64,000 nucleotides of DNA from Takakia lepidozioides (Eukaryota; Plantae; Bryophyta). Shown in pieces: positions 14,101 to 27,175 of this stretch (positions are counted from its first letter, which is position 1; each line of letters starts with the position of its first letter). The notes under the pieces were generated by a model, which saw nothing but the letters and a program-made list of their open reading frames with translations, ran no database searches and was not told the origin of the DNA. Position numbers and translations under genes: made by a program. The DNA lies in the NCBI GenBank assembly GCA_030704615.1, contig CM060732.1, positions 68,572,001-68,636,000 of the forward strand, given 5' to 3'.

Positions 14101-17100
14101 GTGATCCCTCCTTTGAAGAAGGGGCTTATTACTCAATATATTTGAGCCAAACATGGCAGGCATAAATTGCACGATGAGGTATGTGGAATAATTCTGCGAG
14201 TCAGCTAAGGTTATAGAAAGAGGGAAGGTATGTGGATCGATGTACTGTCAGATCTGATGTTTCTTGTTCTGCTTAATGTATTTATGTGACAGAGATGTAC
14301 TTATTGGTCATTCATATTAACTGTACATACTTCAAGGCATGGTCCCAACAGGATACCAACCCTTTTAGAGCAGGTTGTAGGGTCGCAACCCACTAGGGTA
14401 CTGTTTATGCTAGTGCTTATGCACAGCCAATGGATGCCGAGTGGCATGGATTGAGTGTTTGATGTACGGGGTGCTGTAGACAACCAGTTAGAAGACAATT
14501 GATTCCAACACAGCTACTCTAAACATTCTGGCTACAAAAGTGACAAATTGTGAAGAAAACGACCTGAGGAAGATAGACAGAAAGAGTAGGAGTGAGAGAG
14601 GACCATGGGGGAATATGTACAGTTTACCACATGTGTGGACATGGTTTTCCTTAAGTGCTGTTTTTTGATGTCGTGTGTGTTTGATCAGACTGGAGGGTGT
14701 CTTCTGACTTATGATTATTATATGGTCGTGCAGACGCTGCAACAAGCCTGGCCATGGTTACGTAACATTTTAGCCACAGAACCTGAGGTGGTTGCATGTC
14801 TTCCTTCAGCTTGGCAGGTATGTTTCCTCTTTCTTCATTGTTTTTTGTTCTCTTGAGGTGGAATGGAACAAGAGTATGAAGATTATGAAGATTGTCTTGT
14901 TAACGGGTCTGTATACTGCATAGTTCACGGCAGCACTTGCAAAGTGCAAAGTATTGCAGTTCCTCACACTTTCCATTAGTGACTTTGTTCCCCTCATTTG
15001 ATGGGTTGGATAGACCACAGACTGGTTATTTAGGTCTGAACTCAGACTGATATCTCGATGGGTGCCATGTTTGACAGTGTGAGCTGCTCTACAAGCATGA
15101 GGGCCGTCATCCTGCAATCCGAAGGCTGCCAGTGGACCTCTCAAAGCTTCGAGAAAACCTACACCAGGTTTTTACACTTGATTCTGATGTATGAAACTAG
15201 TTCAAAGAGTAGTCTGGAAATTGCACATGCAACCTGTGGAGATGGGTGCTATGTGTGGTTATGCTATCTGGAGGGTTGCTAGCAATGGCCTGAGATCTGG
15301 TAAAATTTGTTGCAGAATTCATGGTAGGCATGGTCTTGCCATCGATTGAAAGGATCTAAAGCTATGGCGTCCAACATAATTGGCCATAGGTGAATACCCT
15401 AAGCCACCAGACTTTTGGGTGCAAAAGCTGGAGTAGTTCCTCAAAAGGTGCTTATTTGTCATTAAAAGTCAGTGCCCGGCACTGCTAGTATGGATCACAA
15501 AGAGAGGAGCCCAGGCAGACTTGGTGCCAATCTGGGGCTATGGTTAGGTGGGATCATTCCCCACTTATGTAGATGTACTGTTTATGATACATAGTGTGAT
15601 GTTTATCAGTCAAAGTAGATGCTTCTGTATTTTGACATGCAAAAAAGGGGCTTCAGTAATGTATATCAGGTGATCCAAAGCCCTCAATTTGTACGGGTGG
15701 GTCCAGGTGATAATCCAAAAGGTGCCCAGCAAAGACGGTGAAATTGAAGCCATTGTGGAGTTCCTTGCCCACAAGCTTGCCGCAAAGAACAGCACTGTTC
15801 GATTGCAGGCCCGCCGATGCTTGGCTGGCCTTTTCCGTCTGTCACTCCAGACTTCAGAGACCCAAGCATCTATCCCCTCATCGCCAAGTGAGCCAAAACG
15901 ACCAGATGCTGGAGCTGGGGGAGTGAATAGTAGCAACCAACCCCAGCCTTGGGGCCTTACAGGCAGAGGGGCCCCTATGACTGATGCTGGGGTCCCTCTT
16001 CCTCCCAAGAAGGTAAATGGGACTACATTGAATCCCTCCGATGTGTCACCAAGGGATTCTCCTGGGGTGATCCATGCTGCATCAAATGTGGATGGCCCAC
16101 CTGAGAGAGCTCCATCCACAAGCCAAGGTCCGGATATGGAGGATGATACCACTTGGCTGGGTTTGGTGGAGATGGTGCCCACAGCCAGGAGACTGGTTAC
16201 TGCCTTTTTGCCTGCGGTCCGCTTGGCATTACAGCAAGAAACTTCAATTAGAGTGGTGAGTGAATGGACAACTCATCACATTGTATGAAACAGAAGAACC
16301 AGACAGAGATGTACTGATTATGTTGTGGGAGGGAGTCTTTAACATCCTCAGGGGGGACCTGACAGCCTGTGGGGAAGTAGAACAACAAGAAACCACCTCA
16401 TAAAATATCAAACCATGCCTAAAGACAAAGTGTCTTATGAGGTTGCTAGGCAAAGCCAAACACTGGGAGTAGTATCTACCTTGGATGTCATTGTATGCAG
16501 GATAAGAGCAAAAGAAATGGAGAGAATGCGTTCATTGAGTGTCGCTGTGACCATTGACTATGACTACCTTGGTGGTGGAGTCCTACTGGGAAACGGAGCC
16601 CCAAATGGTCATAGTATACAGTGTACATTGCATGTCAGCATCAGTAGAGATTTTTATGTCACATCAGGGACATGATGTTGTGCTGACAGGAAGGTGTTTG
16701 AAATCAGGTGGTGGCCTACTTAAGTTTCTTGAAAACCCATTGTCCAGCTCCGCCATCCTGGGGCTCCTTGGCATGCAGTCTTGCAGTGTTTGTGATACAG
16801 AGAAAGATGCTCACCACCAGCCTCCTCTCAGGGCCACAACCGACTTCACTTGATGTTTCCACAGTAAAACCCAACGCTTATGCTTCCACAGTTGATTTGA
16901 TTTTGGACTCTCTCTGCAATGCCTTGGAAACTGGCACAGCAGCTGACCAGACCTGGGAAGAGCTGACCTCCTTTCGAACACCTATGGTTACTTTTGTTTC
17001 ACCGCACTACCGTGCAAATGAACGAAATTTACGGCGGGTGAATCTGCACAAAGTGGTAGTAGATGCTGCCCTTGAAGTACTTTCTCTGATTGCCTGTGAG

Positions 17101-20100
17101 GAAGTCTATGATGACAGAGAAAAGATGGGGTTTTTCCGATTACTGGAACTATTTTTTCCAAATGCAGACTGTTCAGTGTCATGGCTTGAGGGAAGGAACG
17201 GAGAGAAGTTACCGTTGATGTCGGAGACCCAGGCCATTGTATTCGCACGCAGTAAAGTGGCACGATTGGTTACGGCAGGTGATTCTCTTTAAACCTCCAA
17301 TCCCAATGTAGGGGCATGTTGTTCGACCACATTGAAGAGCAGAATTTGTTTGCTACTCAAGCCACATGGTAGTTGTTTTTGGCACGGTTCTGTTCCCTCA
17401 GCTACATTGGTATAGTTCACTAGGGGCTAGCTCCAGAGCTTGTTGAGATCAAGGAGAGCTCCAGGATAATCAGCCATCAATGCCTGAAGAGCAGCTTCTG
17501 CAATAAGACATGTGTGAACATTATCAGTGACTTTAGATGCTCTCTGCAGGCCTGGCAGCACTGTCACTGGAAGCAAAGCTGGATCTCTGTGAGAATTTGG
17601 GCCTCTCCACAGGGGCTGCAGCAGCTCTATTGCAGGACCTTGATATGGTTCCATTAACCAGGTTCACACTCTTTTATGTGTAGGCCCAGCAGTCATTGTT
17701 TCCTGCACCCATGTCTGTGATTAAAATAGTCAATTCAAAGTGAGGGTTTATTATTGCAAGAGTAACCTTCCTTCTTTAGTAGCTGTGTTTTAAGTTTTGG
17801 ATGAGTACTGAGGGTAGACAAATAGTGCGTGATCTCCGACAACTTCTTTGATTAATATACATTTACCAAAAATGTTAATGTGTGGACGACTCACTGAAGT
17901 GCGGCCTTTGGTCTCTTTGTAAAAAACTTGGATCAATTTCAATTGTTTTGGACTGTGTTGGGGCAGGCTAGAACCAATGCTGGGGGTGAGAGGGGTCTTG
18001 GGGCAGCGAGCCAAGAAGCTTCAAAGCTGTGTGCATATGCTTATGCAGCCTAGCAGCCATTGTGGCTCCCATTTCTTAAGGTATGCTTTGGCTTGTGTTG
18101 GAGAGTCGCTGTGCTGCATCCTTTTTCTGAGTGGTCTCTTCTTTCTTACTCATCTCTCTCAGATAAAAAGGCCAAACATGTTTCAGCGTAGTTAGGATGT
18201 AGGGGTGGATACCGAGGCTAGTGAAGAGCTATAATCGTGTCAGTGACTCACACCCCTTTCACATTTACTGCATACAGAATGCTGGAGCTCTCTGCTCCAA
18301 GCAATGTGCCAATTGTGTCTAGATTTCCTCCGTTTTCCCAATCATCCAGTTCAAGAGATTCTGGAGGCAACATGGAGATGTGTGCTGCCAAATTTCCTTC
18401 ACGAACAGACCCTAAGTTGGCTAAGGAGTTGGCACTTCAAATATTACAGTGGCTGAGGCCAGGGAGAATGAAAAAAGTAATTGATGGCAGCAAGCATTCG
18501 AGAGATGACGAGTCGGGAATGACTGCAACGTACGTGGAATTACACCAAAGGATACACAGGGTCTTGCTAGGCAGTGTTGAGGCCATGGTCATTGGATGTG
18601 TGAGCACACTTGTTGAACTTGTGGAAAAGGAAAGCGATAGGACTTGTCAAGGCATGGACTCAATTTCTCATGTTCTTCCTATTCTGTACATTCTACACCA
18701 TTTTAGACCTGGTCAGCTCCCAGATTCTAGTCTCTCCAGTGGTATGGAAAGTAGCTCTTCTGGTGAGCCTCCCATCTTAACCTTCCACTCCAGCAAAGGG
18801 GCAGCCACATTTCAGCAGGACCTGCATACACTAGTCCTTTGGGTTCAAGACCAATTCAATAACAGCATGAGAATTGCCCAATCAGCACATACTTTGGAAG
18901 CTCAAGGGCTCGTGTCAGCAGTCTCATTAGTTTTGAAGAGCATGTCACGACATGTAGGCGGGCTTGGTGCAGCCAAATCAAAAGGGGAAGGTAGTCAACT
19001 TTCGCACCTCTGGACTCACAAACTTGGCAAGCCTTCCACAGGTTGCGGGAGTGAAGGACAGCCTAGTTATAGAGTAGGGATTCCCCTGAAGACCTTGGCA
19101 GCAGCACCCTTGTACAGGGTTGAAGCGCTTCTACGATCTGCACTGTGCCAGAGATTGCAGCCCATGTGGGAAGAAAAGAATACTCATGTGGATTCTGGTG
19201 CTGAAGACCGACTCCTCAGGCAGACAAAGGGGGAATCGCCTATAAGTCTGCTGATAACAGAGATGATAGACTTACTGTGGGTATGGAGACGCAACCACAA
19301 AGATGATCAACATCAAAGACGTGCAGTGGCTGCTCCTGGGGGTGCATCTCAGTCTGTAAGTTTTGCTCAGCAAGTGGAGTGGGCTGGGCGGTGTGCCCTT
19401 GTGACAGAATTTCTGGGGTTCCTAGACTCAGAATTCTCGTTTGCACCACACTTTGCTTCTCTGTTTGAGGATTCTAGGCTAGGGAAGGGGAGAAGCAAAA
19501 CAACACCTTCTGTCCCAAATCTTGCGCTTGGAGTGATTATCCATAGGAGCTCTTGGAGCTCCATTTCAAAAACTTTTGGAGCATTGTTAAGTACTTCTCT
19601 TGAGGGAGAGGTAGGGAGCAGGGCTTACATGGAGCAGGAAAGTGAAACTGGGAACTTGGCCCAAACAAATCCAAGGACTCCCCAGATTCTTGCAGAGGCA
19701 GGCACTCTGTTAGAGTTTATGTCAGTTTGTATGCGGCACCCACGGACTCTTTTGGCTTGTCGGTTGTATGATGAGCTGGATGCTTACGTAAGTTCCCCCC
19801 CACATTCTTTTGTAGCTTACCTCTTCCACACCTTCACCTTTGACTTTGCCCACACATTGCAGTTGGGAATCATGATTTCCTCGTCGGTTGAACATGCTTT
19901 CATGATATTGGCTCAGGCTGAAGTTGCGGTGTTCTTCTGAAGTAGGTGAAATCCTACTACTTCTACACTATAGCTCAAGGGAGTTGCCAAGGTGATATTG
20001 TGTTTACTTCCGTAATTTGGTATTTAATAATTTGCTTTCCTGGTTCGTGAAGGTTGATTGCGTCTCACAAATGAAAAATAGTGCAAGCTTTGGTCTCAAC

Positions 20101-23100
20101 TCCCAAGTTCAAATTTGCTCTGAGTCTGACTAATTAAGGGAAACAATTGATGGGAAAGAGCTTGGACAGCATCATCAAAGGTTTTCCTGCATAATGATGA
20201 AGATAAGAAGCTGATATACTTGATACTCATCTTTCCTTGCCTCAGGATCTGAGGACACAGACGATGTTTTCATCACTAGGACCTACATCAGCGCGTGCAT
20301 TGTCCTGCATGGCGGTTGCACATTTGGTGACCGAGCTAGGAATCTATAGTACTGAGGTTGACATGGATGACATGCATCTGGCTGGACCTTCAAGAGGCGA
20401 GTTGGCTGTCCATCATTCATCATCATCTTCGTCTCAGGCTCTCAAAGTGCTCATGGTAGCTGCATGTCAAGAAGTTCACATCATGAGCACCATCGTGGAG
20501 CAGCTGTAAGGGGTCTTCCTGTCTTTCTACCTAGACTTTCTTAATAACAGTTGTCACCTCTCTGGCAGATTAGTTGACCAGCCTAAAAAACTTAATGAAT
20601 TCTATGCTGTTCTTAGAAGCTACCTTATTTACTCTGTAATGGATCTTCCTTTTCACATAATCAAATTGCAGGCATGTTTGGGAGCAAGGAAGAAATGGAG
20701 AGGTTTTTTTCATTCCAGACACCACAAAGGACAAGGTTGTAAGCGCAGTTGCTAATGTAGCCTGTGAGCTTCTATGGGGCCTCTACTTGGCATGCCCAGT
20801 ATCAGTGGGGGCAATCGTACATGCCAGCACAGGCCAAGAGTCCCCACCTTGGGGCATGAACTTGGCCACGGAGGAGCTCACTGGCATCAAGAGCATATCT
20901 GGCCAGGTAATACTTTCTTGCTTTTTCTTGGCTGCACAGATATAATACAGGGTTCTAGTTCAACCTAGGGAAATTGCAATGTGGAAGGCCGTCCTTGGAT
21001 AAGCCTTCAGATCTTACTGTTGGACCCATGAGTTAAGAGGTTCTCATGAGCAGTCCTGAACACATTCCTGTTTTTGGTTGTTCCATTTTGGAGGGCAACA
21101 GACATGTGCTCTTGATGGTGTGTTGCATCGGGCCTTGAGGTCCATCTGCAACGGCAGTGAGAAGGAGGCTAAATCAGCTTACGGTAAACCTGTCCCTTTC
21201 CATCATGTAGGCAAGTTGAGAGAATGTGACCAATCAATTTGACAGGCATAGAAAATGGAGATTTTACTTTCACACTATTGAACGAATCCACAGTATTGGA
21301 GATATGTTTTGACATGAATCATTGCACTCGGGAGTAATGCAGGCTTCTGCCATGACTTGGCCAGGCAGCATCCAACCTTGGTGATCCCACATCTGCCGAC
21401 TCTCACTGTCTTGCTCAAGGTACCCTGCCATAGCTTCATTTAATGGTGTCAAAGTGCTGTTCATCAAGAGCTTTAGCTGCCCAAACCTCATGTCTTTTGA
21501 CTTCGTAGAGTTGTGTTTCCGTGATAATAGGAATTACTGCCTCTGGTGAAGCAAGGGGAGGCTCAAGTTCGTACCACAGTTGCACGTGCCTATTCCCTGG
21601 GCATCGGCCTTCTGGATGCCCTTCGGCCACATCTTTTGAGCAATCATGAATCGAAAACCCAGTGCAAACAGAGGGCTGGTCCTACTGCAAGGCTTTCTGA
21701 GGCACAAGAGAAGAATGCACTCGAGTCCGTACTGGGGTTCTACTTCAAGTTCCTACAGTGTCTGGAAGTTCAGGACCGGCCCCACTTTGCAAAAGTAGTT
21801 GCGAGGTTGGCCGACTTTCTGTGCCATTGTGTGGCTGCAGGGGGCCCCTGCCGGGATTATGTGGCTGCTCAGCGGACACCCCTCCTTCAGACAACAGCAC
21901 AGACCTTCGGTAAGATCAAGAAGCTGGGTTTCCTGCTCGGCCTTCTAGACAAGCCGAACATGAGCCTTACTGCTCCATCCACAAGTACAAAACTTCTCCG
22001 AGGTTTGCAAGACGGCAGGCCTTTGATGGTGGGGAGTTCTTTGGGTCCCCCCTCACTGCCTTTAGAGGATGTTTTGAAGGTTCGGAGCCAGCTTTTGCAG
22101 TGCATTGGCTGGCGTGGCCCTGGCATACAAAAAGATTCCAGATCAGGGTTGTACAGCAGGGGGTTCAAGTCGCACCAGTTTATGCACTACACCCTTGTAC
22201 GGACCAGTATTGCCTCTTTTCTTCTTAACCAACAAAGGGTAGAGTGGTTTGGAATGTTTAACAGGTGTACACACTAGACCTGATTGCAAGTTTGACCAAA
22301 TGCTTCTGTTGCGTTATTTTCTTTAGGTAATAATTGCATGGGCAGAGTCACTTTGTAGTATGTAAGTCCTTGGAATCAGATCTGTTATTCAAGGATGAAG
22401 ATGAGCGTGTGCTGTCTTGAGCTGTGTATTTGACATATGTCATGTACTAATCTGCTGCATCACCTCGTGGGATCATCAATGCAGGGTCCAGAGGTGGAGG
22501 AAGTGAACTTGGTGGCCACATTAGCTGATCTGGAGCGAGCATCGTCACGCATGCCTGCTATTCTGACAGTCCTGGAGGACTCTCTCCTGGAGCTCACCCA
22601 TGTTCGCGATTCAAGTGTTCGTGACCGTGCCTACGCCCTACTTGAGCGCTTGCTTCTACACTGCCCCAGGTACGGAGTGGATGGGGTGCTCACTAACAGA
22701 CATCATTGCACCCTGCAGACTTTACTTGGAATACCTTGAGAAAGAGGGACAAAGGAAGTGGTGACACTGTTCCCTGTGAACTGACTGCAACACACCCTTG
22801 AGGGCTTAGTTCAATTGAAGTTTAACCCTCTTGGAGTTGGCAGTTGGCTCTCTACCCAGTGAGAGTAAGAAGTTCAGCCAAAAATTTCCGTAGTGCTGTT
22901 GCATAGGGGAGGACACCAGGTCAAGACCAGAATAAAAGAAAGAAATAGAAAGAGATCCTTAGGTCTGGGTGGTTGGGCCCACACTAATGAATGAATGTGG
23001 AATGCAAAAATATCAGCAGGTAATTCTACAGTCTTGGAAACTGTTATAGTCGGAGCGTCGGCTCCGACTATAACAGTTGAGACTTGGGGCCATGAGGGGC

Positions 23101-24561
23101 CCAATGGGACAGATTGGGGGGTTGGTTGGGGTGGCTCTTGTGTCCTGACGTGCAGTTCTGGGCTTGATTGTGCTGGGATCCCAGTGAGGGCAGTGCAGCC
23201 AACATAGTGCAAGGTTTACTTCAACAGCTCTCCTCTTCTGACATGTCTGTAGCAAAGACAGCTGCCCGACAGGCCTCCCGCTTCTTTTACTATTGCTCAG
23301 GTAAAGCATCAAAGCTTTGGTATGCTGGTACAGAAGAAATGAAATGAAATGAAATGGTGCTTTATAACGTCGGCGGAAAGCTCGTAGAGCTTATGGGACA
23401 AAATGGAAGAAAACATGAGAGAGGAACAAATCCAGAAACCACAGAAAGAAAGAAGAAAGAAAGAAAGAAAATTTGAAATGTCCTTGGAAAGCTTAAAGAG
23501 CATAGAAAATGGGGCCCTCAACAAAGCAGCCTAAACACTAATCAAGATCACGAGATTCCTTAAGTTGGAGAGCCTCATATAGATATGCAGCCAAACATTT
23601 CTAATCCTCTTGTCTCTTCGCCCTGTGGACTACTCCCTCTCAGTTGAGAGGTGGACGCCTTCTAACAGACGGACCCATCTTCCCCCAGTTACCCACACCA
23701 TTATGTGACCAGTTTATGCAGGGACCCCTCTTCTATAGGTGGGTGGGAGATAATGGGCGATGCTCAACTTACACCTATATATATGTTAACCTATCGCCAG
23801 TTGCAACGGGACCTTGAGCCCTAACCACTTGGCCATAAGTTGGATTTTAGAGCTGGTACAGATTGTACGGTGATTTCCCTCTAGTTTATTTCTGGGTTCA
23901 TAGAGTAAAAATGTCTCTCAAATTTGCCATCCAGAAAGTTTGCACATCCATCTGCTCAACTCAGCTAAGATTTCTTGAAGGCTATGTGCATGACTTCTTA
24001 TTAAGCTGCAACAATATATCTTCGTCTCAAAGACAGTCACCAGGATATGTTGCTACCTTACTGATAGAAAAGGGACTTGTATGGTCCTTGTGGGAAATAT
24101 TTTTGAATTCTAAGTGGCTTGTGGTCAGTAAGTAATTTGTAGTCCATTTAGATCAGGAAACGTGGCTCAGCAGCTAACACTGTTCCAGTAATATAGCAAA
24201 TTTGAATGCACTTGTGCATTAACCAGAGGTAATATTCCAGGATAGGGTGGGAATGGCTTCATTGCAGAGAGATTTGCAGGGTGGATTCAGATCATCAATC
24301 AAGATAATCTGTTTCAACTCAGAACAGCCAGATTCAGTCTCAGCGCATTTAGTTGGATGTTCAAGGCCTGAGCATCTGTGTCATCACAGCCCCTCATGTT
24401 AAGGTGTTTCTAATATACCTAAACTGTGGTGCTTTTGGGGAGGCACAGAATTTCAAGAGAGTTTGCTGGTGGAGATGCTGCAGATGGGTCGCTTTGCTTC
24501 AGATGATTTACAACAACTGTTGCAAGGTCTCTTCACTGTGGCCGGTGGATTGTCAATGTAA
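1..24561 (+). CDS. INTS1: Integrator complex subunit 1 (multi-exon; 5' end outside window)
   Basis: Phase-consistent GT-AG exons read by hand (approx.): <1-76, 603-658, 1289-1343, 1533-1657, 2124-2334, 2543-2629, 3621-3740, 4178-4230, 4566-4683, 5955-6173, 6269-6379, 7331-7450, 7649-7759, 7975-8037, 13475-13629, 13732-14068, 14734-14817, 15707-16255, 16708-17278, 17550-17661, 17967-18080, 18278-19787, 20246-20505, 20672-20906, 21102-21184, 21343-21420, 21531-~22196, 22485-22669, 23185-23300; tentative 24044-24078 and 24484-24561 (TAA). Peptides follow metazoan INTS1 colinearly: RSWIEHEGCKEFVSNLLTAF, GFEEVRVVGSSMLEGWLNN, RQLLFLEEPE, IIEALVQRAAALQ, YWRACLVVLVVAVFNPATIG, LGHLLRICRDPDF, LARQHPTLVIPHLP, LADLERASSRMPAIL. 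The last two exons and any extra exon near 15.1 kb are uncertain. Confidence 0.88.
1788..1821 (+). mobile_element. Extremely 5'-truncated retroposon 3' end with (CATTT)n tail
   Basis: ACGTTATAAAGCACCATTTCATTTCATTT matches the 3' end of the element at 23335-23851 (opposite strand). Flanked by TCTGTCAT at 1780-1787 and 1822-1829 (TSD). Confidence 0.6.
4895..5593 (+). mobile_element. CpG-rich intronic insert: tRNA-like head plus hairpin cluster ending in CTAG|T (Helitron-like end or structured SINE)
   Basis: A/B-box-like TAACCCATTGGTTAGGG...GGTTCAAAATC near 4900-4955. Stems at 5437-5469, 5482-5500 and 5521-5582. CTAG at 5589-5592. Boundaries uncertain, and the two parts may be separate inserts. 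Confidence 0.35.
8472..12112 (-). pseudogene. LINE ORF2 (APE-RT-Zn), split by a frameshifting deletion near 10025-10030
   Basis: ORFs 10025-12112 and 8472-10055. The junction reads GLWFRL* then RVVHNL, so the usual ~9-residue linker is missing. Confidence 0.88.
12125..12520 (-). repeat. ~141-bp (47-aa) coding tandem repeat, ~2.8 copies, upstream of the LINE endonuclease
   Basis: Repeated unit ...GTAAACCATT(C/T)AG(A/G)GTACCAAATC...; peptide PKCAEPERRVTEGFGTLNGLPILKVYTRRxxSxHGV. Confidence 0.9.
23335..23851 (-). mobile_element. tRNA-headed SINE (~515 bp) with (ATTTC)n tail in an INTS1 intron
   Basis: 11-bp TSD GCTGGTACAGA at 23324-23334 and 23852-23862. Pol III A-box TGGCCAAGTGG near the 5' end on the minus strand (B-box degenerate). 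Tail ...ATAAAGCACCATTTCATTTCATTTC. Confidence 0.7.
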
Positions 24562-26686
24562 ACAAGAATAAGTGAATTCGGTTGTTAGTTAATTTGGGTA
24601 ACTAATCAGAAGTGTGATACCACTAGTGCTTCACAATGGCCCAGACTGACAACAGGAAGGGTGAGCAAAAGGAGATGACAGTAGTGCCACAGTTTGCTGA
24701 AGTTATATGACTGTCAACTGTGTGTTTAGTTTAACTACCTTGGAGACGATGGCCACAAGGCTACAGATAGCAATGTCAATGAGTGAATACGGTTGTTCAA
24801 GTGAAGTTTACATGTGACCACAAGGGGCAGGGGAAGTGAGAAGATGCAGGGGCACTGTAGTCTCCTGACAATAAAAGAAACGGCTTTCTAATGGCATGGT
24901 TGACCTTGTATAAGGGAGTGGATTTTTTTAGTGTAAACAGGTATGTACATATATACACTCTTTATATGTGCTTTTAATAGTTAATATAGGATTCACTCTA
25001 CCTTTCTCACCAAGGTTTTTGCCCAAGCTTTTGCTTCCACATGTGTGACTTCCTATCACATGGATAGAAAGTAAGATGCGTGGATGGGCAATCATGTGCC
25101 TGTGTCACCACTACTGTTGCAAGTTGCCACATCCAGGTGGAAAAGGTAAGACTCAAAAACGAGGGTTAGTTGGCTGCCCAAGGAACTCCTTGCTCTGGCA
25201 TGCTTTCATCAGTGTAGTTACAGACCAGTTGGACACCACCATTGTGGAGCATGCTGATCAGGCCCCTGTTCTCCTCCCGTGGTGCACAATTCCTTTGCGC
25301 ACACACACGGTGAATTCAAATCATCTTGTTCTTGCAATTGTACAGCTGGTGGAGGATTAGGAAGCGGAATGGCAGTGGCCAGCATTGTCCCAGTCCTCAG
25401 TGGCACCAGCTCTATCATGCTCATGATCCCAGTGCCAGTTCCATTCCTGCACCTTGTCTATTGGATTGGGTGCCACCACTATGATCTTAGCTTGTGTCTG
25501 AAGTGAGATTTATTATTAGTACAAGGCTATGGCAAACAATGGCTTATGAGTACATTCTGAAGTGAGATTTTCTTGTCCGTTGCCAAGTCATCTAATCATT
25601 ATATGCATGGGGTATCTCACAGAAATTACCTCCTAGATGAAACCCAGTTCAGAAATTTACACGTCTTGACAAGATGAGCTCCAATCGCAGAGACTCTTCC
25701 TACTCAGGTCAAATGGGTGCTTGTTGGGAGTCCTCAACATGGAGGTACAACGCTAATCAGGTATGAATCGAGGAGCACAACTCTAATACTGCGGATTGTA
25801 GCCAACATAAATCATAGTACTAGCCCGGGGACGTACTCTATTGTGTTGGAGGAAACAAAGCACCTCCTGTGGCAACTCATATGTTTTATATCTTCTCACT
25901 AGTCTGGCTTGAATCCTGAAACAGCCAGGGATTCCAAAGCCATGCATCTCTTGTTCTACTGCCTGATCCCCCACCATCTCTTCCAATCGATGCTATTTCT
26001 TGGAAGCAAGACCTTCTTTTTCCTTTTTTTTCATGGACTATTCTCTTTCAATTAAGTAACAAGGCCAGTAATTTATCTCCTCAATCCTGCCTCACACAAC
26101 CCCACCACCTTAACCCTAAAGTTAGCACCTCCCAGATCTTACCCCCACATTCACGTGTACTACCATTCACTTTTCCGGTTACCTAATTGGTCCTCCATAG
26201 CAATAGTAAGCATTGAATAAATCAGGTAACATCCATGCAAAGCCTTGCCATATTATCGGTTGTGACTTGTGACGCAAGTCCTGGGTTGCGGTTTTGCAGC
26301 CTTCCTGTTCCTTGCCCCTAAAACAGTATGTCCATTGTCTCTTTCTCTGTGTGTTGAGTAGTAGGCTCTGTAAATTCACTGTCAAACAAACTTTCTTGTT
26401 ATGTTCTTTCCACTTGTTCTTTTCCTGCACTCTTTGAGACTCAAGTCTCCTCACATGTCTTCGATTATCAGGATCAGAAATTTCAACGAGAGCAAATAGG
26501 ATAGGAGGAAATACAAGTCATTGTCTGATGGCTGGTGGCTGGTAGACCTACTCACGCATGCATGAAACTATTCATTTTCATTTATAGATATGGATGCAAT
26601 ATTCCCATTATACCTGTCTGGATCTAAATTGCAAGTAAAGGTGCTAAGCATCAAAACCCTTGGCATAGTCCTTAGGAAGGCAAGGT

Positions 26687-26860
26687 GTCGTGCACCTAAG
26701 CATCGTGCCACAACAAGCATGTGAGACCAAATGAAGTCCCAACACACAAAATATAAATATAAATATCCAAAATGTCCTAGTTAACTAGAAGTAGGTAATT
26801 CTAGATAACCATGACTAAAACCATGACAGCTGTCGTGCACCTAAGCATCGTGCCACGACA
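26687..26860. repeat. 30-bp direct repeat TGTCGTGCACCTAAGCATCGTGCCAC(A/G)ACA, probable LTR-terminus relic
   Basis: Copies at 26687-26716 and 26831-26860. The second copy has self-inverted TGTCGTG...CACGACA ends. Confidence 0.6.
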
Positions 26861-27175
26861 TACATCGTTGTCCACCACACAATCGAAGCACACAATCCTA
26901 GAAAGATATACCACAATCGCGCCCGTAGCTGGTGGTTAGGTCCCTCTAACTCCAGATAGCTACAAGATGTAATAGCCACAGCCGTACTAAGTCCTCTATC
27001 ACTGTCCCTATTGCACTCAAACCCTATAGACCAAGAGGCCGGGTACAAGAGTAGCCCCATCGTTAGTCGCCGTCTTGCAATCTGTGAATTTGAGCCAAGA
27101 CCTCGTGTGTTCAAGGTCTCCTAGTAGCTGGGCCTTGCGTTTCTTGTTAGCCTTCCATGGTTGTATCCACTCCCA

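Noticed and set aside
25076-26000. Possible minus-strand exons downstream of INTS1
   Set aside because: No recognisable motif or consistent splice structure.
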